Below the pieces are notes generated by a model. It searched no databases. It was given only the letters and a program-made list of their open reading frames with translations, and was not told where the DNA came from. Source: Tubulanus polymorphus (taxonomy: Eukaryota > Animalia > Nemertea). Taken from it: a stretch of DNA of 64,000 bases. Of the stretch, positions 56,601 through 64,000 are shown one piece after another; position 1 is the first letter of the stretch, and every line of letters begins with the position of its first letter. Location of the stretch: the NCBI RefSeq assembly GCF_964204645.1, contig NC_134031.1, positions 21,484,017 to 21,548,016 on the forward strand. Reading direction: 5' to 3'. The translations under genes were made by a program, and so were the position numbers.

Positions 56601-59600
56601 AGATACAGATTTTTCTTGCAAAATAGGGTCCTAAAGATGATGAATTCTATCTTAATTGATGGGTTAGGGTGTACTGAACTGATTTCAAATAGATAGGTTG
56701 AAAGATTAAGAATTTTCTGGCTGCTTTTGGTTCTGAAGATGATGGATTCAATCTGAAAAGATGTGTTAAGGTGTATTGAACTGATTTCAAATAGATAGGT
56801 GGAAAGATTAAGAATTTTCTGGCTATTTATGCTCCTGAAGATGATGGACTCGATCTGAAATGATAGGTTAAGGTAAACTGAACTGATTTCGAGCAGATGG
56901 ACTGAAAGATACAGATTTTTCTTGCAAAATAGGGTCCTAAAGATGATGAGTTCTATCTTAATTGATGGGTTAGGGTGTACTGAACTGATTTCAAATAGAT
57001 AGGTTGAAAGAATCAGAATTTTCTGGCTGCTTTTGGTTCTGAAGATGATGGATTCAATCTGAAAAGATGTGTTAAGGCGTATTGAACTGATTTCAAATAG
57101 ATAGGTGGAAAGATTAAGAATTTTCTGGCTATTTATGCTCCTGAAGATGATGGACTCGATCTGAAATGATAGGTTAAGGTAAACTGAACTGATTCCGAGC
57201 AGATGGACTGAAAGATACAGATTTTTCTTGCAAAATAGGGTCCTAAAGATGATGAGTTCTATCTTAATTGATGGGTTAGGGTGTACTGAACTGATTTCAA
57301 ATAGATAGGTGGAAAGATTAAGAATTTTCTGGTTATTTATGCTCCTGAAGATGATGGACTCGATCTGAAATGATAGGTTAAGGTAAACTGAACTGATTTC
57401 GAGTAGATGGACTGAAAGATACAGATTTTTCTTGCAAAATAGGGTCCTAAAGATGATGAGTTCAATCTTAATTGATGGGTTAGGTTGTACTGAACTGATT
57501 TCAAATAGATAGGTGGAAAGATTAAGAATTTTCTGGTTATTTATGCTCCTGAAGATGATGGACTCGATCTGAAATGATAGGTTAAGGTAAACTGAACTGA
57601 TTTCGAGTAGATGGACTGAAAGATACAGATTGTTCTTGCAAAATAGGGTCCTAAAGATGATGAATTCTATCTTAATTGATGGGTTAGGGTGTACTGAACT
57701 GATTTCAAATAGATAGGTTGAAAGAATCAGAATTTTCTGGCTGCTTTTGGTTCTGAAGATGATGGATTCAATCTGAAAAGATGTGTTAAGGCGTATTGAA
57801 CTGATTTAAAATAGATAGGTGGAAAGATTAAGAATTTTCTGGCTATTTATGCTCCTGAAGATGATGGACTCGATCTGAAATGATAGGTTAAGGTAGACTG
57901 AACTGATTTCGAGTAGATGGACTGAAAGATACAGATTTTTCTTGCAAAATAGGGTCCTAAAGATGATGAGTTCTATCTTAATTGATGGGTTAGGGTGAAC
58001 TGAACTGATTTCAAATAGATAGGTGGAAAGAATCAGAATTTTCTGGCTGCCTTTGGTTCTGAAGATGATGGACTCAATCTGAAAAGATGGGCTTAGGCGT
58101 ATTGAACTGATTTCAAATAGATAGGTGGAAAGATTAAGAATTTTCTGGCTATTTATGCTCCTGAAGATGATGGACTCGATCTGAAATGATAGGTTAAGGT
58201 AAACTGAACTGATTTCGAGTAGATGGACTGAAAGATACAGATTTTTCTTCCAAAATAGGGTCCTAAAGATGATGAATTCTATCTTAATTGATGGGTTAGG
58301 GTGTACTGAACTGATTTCAAATAGATAGGTTGAAAGAATCAGAATTTTCTGGCTGCTTTTGGTTCTGAAGATGATGGATTCAATCTGAAAAGATGTGTTA
58401 AGGCGTATTGAACTGATTTCAAATAGATAGGTGGAAAGATTAAGAATTTTGTGGCTATTTATGCTCCTGAAGATGATGGACTCGATCTGAAATGATAGGT
58501 TAAGGTAGACTGAACTGATTTCGAGTAGATGGACTGAAAGATTCAGATTTTTCTTGCAAAATAGGGTCCTAAAGATGATGAGTTCTATCTTAATTGATGG
58601 GTTAGGGTGTACTGAACTGATTTCAAATAGATAGGTTGAAAGAATCAGAATTTTCTGGCTGCTTTTGGTTCTGAAGATGATGGATTCAATCTGAAAAGAT
58701 GTGTTAAGGCGTATTGAACTGATTTCAAATAGATAGGTGGAAAGATTAAGAATTTTGTGGCTATTTATGCTCCTGAAGATGATGGACTCGATGTGAAATG
58801 ATAGGTTAAGGTAGACTGAACTGATTTCGAGTAGATGGACTGAAAGATACAGATTTTTCTTGCAAAATAGGGTCCTAAAGATGATGAATTCTATCTTAAT
58901 TGATGGGTTAGGGTGAACTGAACTGATTTCAAATAGATGGGTGGAAAGAATCAGAATTTTCTGGCTGCCTTTGGTTCTGAAGATGATGGACTCAATCTGA
59001 AAAGATGGGCTGAGGCGTATTGAACTGATTTCAAATAGATAGGTGGAAAGATTAAGAATTTTCTGGCTATTTATGCTCCTGAAGATGATGGACTCGATCT
59101 GAAATGATAGGTTAAGGTAAACTGAACTGATTTCGAGTAGATGGACTGAAAGATACAGATTTTTCTTGCAAAATAGGGTCTTAAAGATGATGAATTCTAT
59201 CTTAATTGATGGGTTAGGTTGTACTGAACTGATTTCAAATAGATAGGTTAAAAGAATCAGAATTTTCTGGCTGCTTTTGGTTCTGAAGATGATGGATTCA
59301 ATCTGAAAGGATGTGTTAAGGCGTATTGAACTGATTTAAAATAGATAGGTGGAAAGATTAAGAATTTTCTGGCTATTTATGCTCCTGAAGATGATGGACT
59401 CGATCTGAAATGATAGGTTAAGGTAGACTGAACTGATTTCGAGTAGATGGACTGAAAGATACAGATTTTTCTTCCAAAATAGGGTCCTAAAGATGATGAG
59501 TTCTATCTTAATTGATGGGTTAGGGTGAACTGAACTGATTTCAAATAGATAGGTGGAAAGATTAAGAATTTTCTGGCTGCCTTTGGTTCTGAAGATGATG

Positions 59601-62600
59601 GACTCAATCTGAAAAGATGGGCTAAGGCGTATTGAACTGATTTCAAATAGATAGGTGGAAAGATTAAGAATTTTCTGGCTATTTATGCTCCTGAAGATGA
59701 TGGACTCGATCTGAAATGATAGGTTAAGGTAAACTGAACTGATTTCGAGTAGATGGACTGAAAGATACAGATTTTTCTTGCAAAATAGGGTCCTAAAGAT
59801 GATGAATTCTATCTTAATTGATGGGTTAGGGTGTACTGAACTGATTTCAAATAGATAGGTTGAAAGATTAAGAACTTTCTGGCTGCTTTTGGTTCTGAAG
59901 ATGATGGATTCAATCTAAAAAGATGGGTTAAGGCGTATTGAACTGATTTCAAATGGATAGGTGGAAAGATTAAGAATTTTCTGGCTATTTATGCTCCTGA
60001 AGATGATGGACTCGATCTGAAATGATAGGTTAAGGTAAACTGAACTGATTTCGAGTAGATGGACAGAAAGATACAGATTTTTCTTGCAAAATAGGGTCCT
60101 AAAGATGATGAATTCTATCTTAATTGATGGGTTAGGGTGAACTGAATTGATTTCAAATAGATAGGTGGAAAGAATCAGAATTTTCTGGCTGCCTTTGGTT
60201 CTGAAGATGATGGACTCAATCTGAAAAGATGGGCTAAGGCGTATTGAACTGATTTAAAATAGATAGGTGGAAAGATTAAGAATTTTCTGGCTATTTATGC
60301 TCCTGAAGATGATGGACTCGATCTGAAATGATAGGTTAAGGTAAACTGAACTGATTTCGAGTAGATGGACTGAAAGATACAGATTTTTCTTGCAAAATAG
60401 GGTCCTAAAGATGATGAATTCTATCTTAATTGATGGGTTAGGGTGTACTGAACTGATTTCAAATAGATAGGTTGAAAGATTAAGAATTTTCTGGCTGCTT
60501 TTGGTTCTGAAGATGATGGATTCAATCTGAAAAGATGTGTTAAGGCGTATTGAACTGATTTCAAATAGATAGGTGGAAAGATTAAGAATTTTCTGGCTAT
60601 TTATGCTCCTGAAGATGATGGACTCGATCTGAAATGATAGGTTAAGGTAAACTGAACTGATTCCGAGCAGATGGACTGAAAGATACAGATTTTTCTTGCA
60701 AAATAGGGTCCTAAAGATGATGAGTTCTATCTTAATTGATGGGTTAGGGTGTACTGAACTGATTTCAAATAGATAGGTGGAAAGATTAAGAATTTTCTGG
60801 TTATTTATGCTCCTGAAGATGATGGACTCGATCTGAAATGATAGGTTAAGGTAAACTGAACTGATTTCGAGTAGATGGACTGAAAGATACAGATTTTTCT
60901 TGCAAAATAGGGTCCTAAAGATGATGAGTTCAATCTTAATTGATGGGTTAGGTTGTACTGAACTGATTTCAAATAGATAGGTGGAAAGATTAAGAATTTT
61001 CTGGTTATTTATGCTCCTGAAGATGATGGACTCGATCTGAAATGATAGGTTAAGGTAAACTGAACTGATTTCGAGTAGATGGACTGAAAGATACAGATTT
61101 TTCTTGCAAAATAGGGTCCTAAAGATGATGAATTCTATCTTAATTGATGGGTTAGGGTGTACTGAACTGATTTCAAATAGATAGGTGGAAAGAATCAGAA
61201 TTTTCTGGCTGCTTTTGGTTCTGAAGATGATGGATTCAATCTGCAAAGATGTGTTAAGGCGTATTGAACTGATTTCAAATAGATAGGTGGAAAGATTAAG
61301 AATTTTCTGGCTATTTATGCTCCTGAAGATGATGGACTCGATCTGAAATGATAGGTTAAGGTAAACTGAACTGATTTCGAGTAGATGGACTGAAAGATAC
61401 AGATTTTTCTTGCAAAATAGGGTCCTAAAGATGATGAATTCTATCTTAATTGATGGGTTAGGGTGTACTGAACTGATTTCAAATGGATAGGTGGAAAGAT
61501 TAAGAATTTTCTGGTTATTTATGCTCCTGAAGATGATGGACTCGATCTGAAATGATAGGTTAAGGTAAACTGAACTGATTTCGAGCAGATGGACTGAAAG
61601 ATACAGATTTTTCTTGCAAAATAGGGTCCTAAAGATGATGAGTTCTATCTTAATTGATGGGTTAGGGTGTACTGAACTGATTTCAAATAGATAGGTTGAA
61701 AGAATCAGAATTTTCTGGCTGCTTTTGGTCCTGAAGATGATGGATTCAATCTGAAAAGATGTGTTAAGGCGTATTGAACTGATTTCAAATAGATAGGTGG
61801 AAAGATTAAGAATTTTCTGGCTATTTATGCTCCTGAAGATGATGGACTCGATCTGAAATGATAGGTTAAGGTAAACTGAACTGATTTCGAGTAGATGGAC
61901 TGAAAGATACAGATTTTTCTTGCAAAAAAGGGTCCTAAAGATGATGAATTCTATCTTAATTGATGGGTTAGGGTGAACTGAACTGATTTCAAATAGATGG
62001 GTGGAAAGAATCAGAATTTTCTGGCTGCCTTTGGTTCTGAAGATGATGGACTCAATCTGAAAAGATGGGCTAAGGCGTATTGAACTGATTTCAAATAGAT
62101 AGGTGGAAAGATTAAGAATTTTCTGGCTATTTATGCTCCTGAAGATGATGGACTCGATCTGAAATGATAGGTTAAGGTAAACTGAACTGATTCCGAGCAG
62201 ATGGACTGAAAGATACAGATTTTTCTTGCAAAATAGGGTCCTAAAGATGATGAGTTCTATCTTAATTGATGGGTTAGGGTGTACTGAACTGATTTCAAAT
62301 AGATAGGTGGAAAGATTAAGAATTTTCTGGTTATTTATGCTCCTGAAGATGATGGACTCGATCTGAAATGATAGGTTAAGGTAAACTGAACTGATTTCGA
62401 GTAGATGGACTGAAAGATACAGATTTTTCTTGCAAAATAGGGTCCTAAAGATGATGAATTCTATCTTAATTGATGGGTTAGGTTGTACTGAACTGATTTC
62501 AAATAGATAGGTGGAAAGATTAAGAATTTTCTGGTTATTTATGCTCCTGAAGATGATGGACTCGATCTGAAATGATAGGTTAAGGTAAACTGAACTGATT

Positions 62601-64000
62601 TCGAGTAGATGGACTGAAAGATACAGATTTTTCTTGCAAAATAGGGTCCTAAAGATGATGAATTCTATCTTAATTGATGGGTTAGGGTGTACTGAACTGA
62701 TTTCAAATAGATAGGTTGAAAGAATCAGAATTTTCTGGCTGCTTTTGGTTCTGAAGATGATGGATTCAATCTGAAAAGATGTGTTAAGGCGTATTGAACT
62801 GATTTCAAATAGATAGGTGGAAAGATTAAGAATTTTCTGGCTATTTATGCTCCTGAAGATGATGGACTCGATCTGAAATGATAGGTTAAGGTAGACTGAA
62901 CTGATTTCGAGTAGATGGACTGAAAGATACAGATTTTTCTTGCAAAATAGGGTCCTAAAGATGATGAGTTCTATCTTAATTGATGGGTTAGGGTGAACTG
63001 AACTGATTTCAAATAGATAGGTGGAAAGAATCAGAATTTTCTGGCTGCCTTTGGTTCTGAAGATGATGGACTCAATCTGAAAAGATGGGCTAAGGCGTAT
63101 TGAACTGATTTCAAATAGATAGGTGGAAAGATTAAGAATTTTCTGGCTATTTATGCTCCTGAAGATGATGGACTCGATCTGAAATGATAGGTTAAGGTAA
63201 ACTGAACTGATTTCGAGTAGATGGACTGAAAGATACAGATTTTTCTTGCAAAATAGGGTCCTAAAGATGATGAATTCTATCTTAATTGATGGGTTAGGGT
63301 GTACTGAACTGATTTCAAATGGATAGGTGGAAAGATTAAGAATTTTCTGGCTATTTATGCTCCTGAAGATGATGGACTCGATCTGAAATGATAGGTTAAG
63401 ATAAACTGAACTGATTTCGAGTAGATGGACTGAAAGATACAGATTTTTCTTGCAAAATATGGTCCTAAAGATGATGAGTTCTATCTTAATTGATGGGTTA
63501 GGGTGTACTGAACTGATTTCAAATAGATAGGTTGAGAGAATCAGAATTTTCTGGCTGCTTTTGGTTCTGAAGATGATGGATTCAATCTGAAAAGATGTGT
63601 TAAGGCGTATTGAACTGATTTCAAATAGATAGGTGGAAAGATTAAGAATTTTCTGGCTATTTATGCTCCTGAAGATGATGGACTCGATCTGAAATGATAG
63701 GTTAAGGTAAACTGAACTGATTTCGAGCAGATGGACTGAAAGATACAGATTTTTCTTGCAAAATAGGGTCCTAAAGATGATGAGTTCTATCTTAATTGAT
63801 GGGTTAGGGTGTACTGAACTGATTTCAAATAGATAGGTTGAAAGAATCAGAATTTTCTGGCTGCTTTTGGTTCTGAAGATGATGGATTCAATCTGAAAAG
63901 ATGTGTTAAGGCGTATTGAACTGATTTAAAATAGATAGGTGGAAAGATTAAGAATTTTCTGGCTATTTATGCTCCTGAAGATGATGGACTCGATCTGAAA

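Larger units (their letters stand above)
27630..57969. repeat. Mega-duplication copy 2 (MITE-free, internally expanded)
   Basis: Same colinear markers as copy 1. Offset changes are explained by the 803-bp MITE plus TSD and by internal changes of +4487, -306, +918 and +306 bp. Colinearity ends at 25840 (a) versus 57970 (g). Confidence 0.9.
5705..64000. repeat. 102-bp satellite array (ABC/AB higher-order repeats), right of the insertion; runs off the window edge
   Basis: Continuous A-B-(C) monomers in one orientation. The 102-bp register is broken only by 1-bp indels at ~11467, ~16835, ~20100, ~38192, ~42679, ~47741 and ~51924. Confidence 0.99.

Noticed and set aside
60254-61246. 330-aa ORF on the - strand
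   Set aside because: It is pure satellite translation. The 'M' is a TTG created by a singleton A>C change at 61244, and the stop is the recurrent gatttaaa allele. It is not a discrete gene.
1-64000. CRISPR array
   Set aside because: There are no unique spacers; the sequence between conserved blocks is itself repeated, and there are no cas genes.

Overview
About 98.7% of the window is one head-to-tail, single-orientation tandem array of about 620 copies of a 102-bp monomer (monomer A is about 36% GC, with + strand G:C about 2:1), typical of eukaryotic satellite DNA. Three monomer types (A, B, C; 76-80% pairwise identity, no gaps) form a 306-bp ABC higher-order repeat, interspersed with 204-bp AB units lacking C. 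Rare diagnostic variants reveal nested larger duplications: 918 bp, 1.9 kb, 3.3 kb, 4.5 kb, 8.7 kb and a near-identical ~26.7-kb tandem mega-duplication. The only non-satellite DNA is a 799-bp non-autonomous DNA transposon (4906-5704) with a TTAA target duplication and AGG...CCT ends, consistent with Kolobok; its empty paralogous site is visible at 32430-32433. One minus-strand frame is stop-free in all three monomer types (34-codon repeat), but no credible gene, RNA gene or CRISPR array is supported. All counts and offsets were made by hand.
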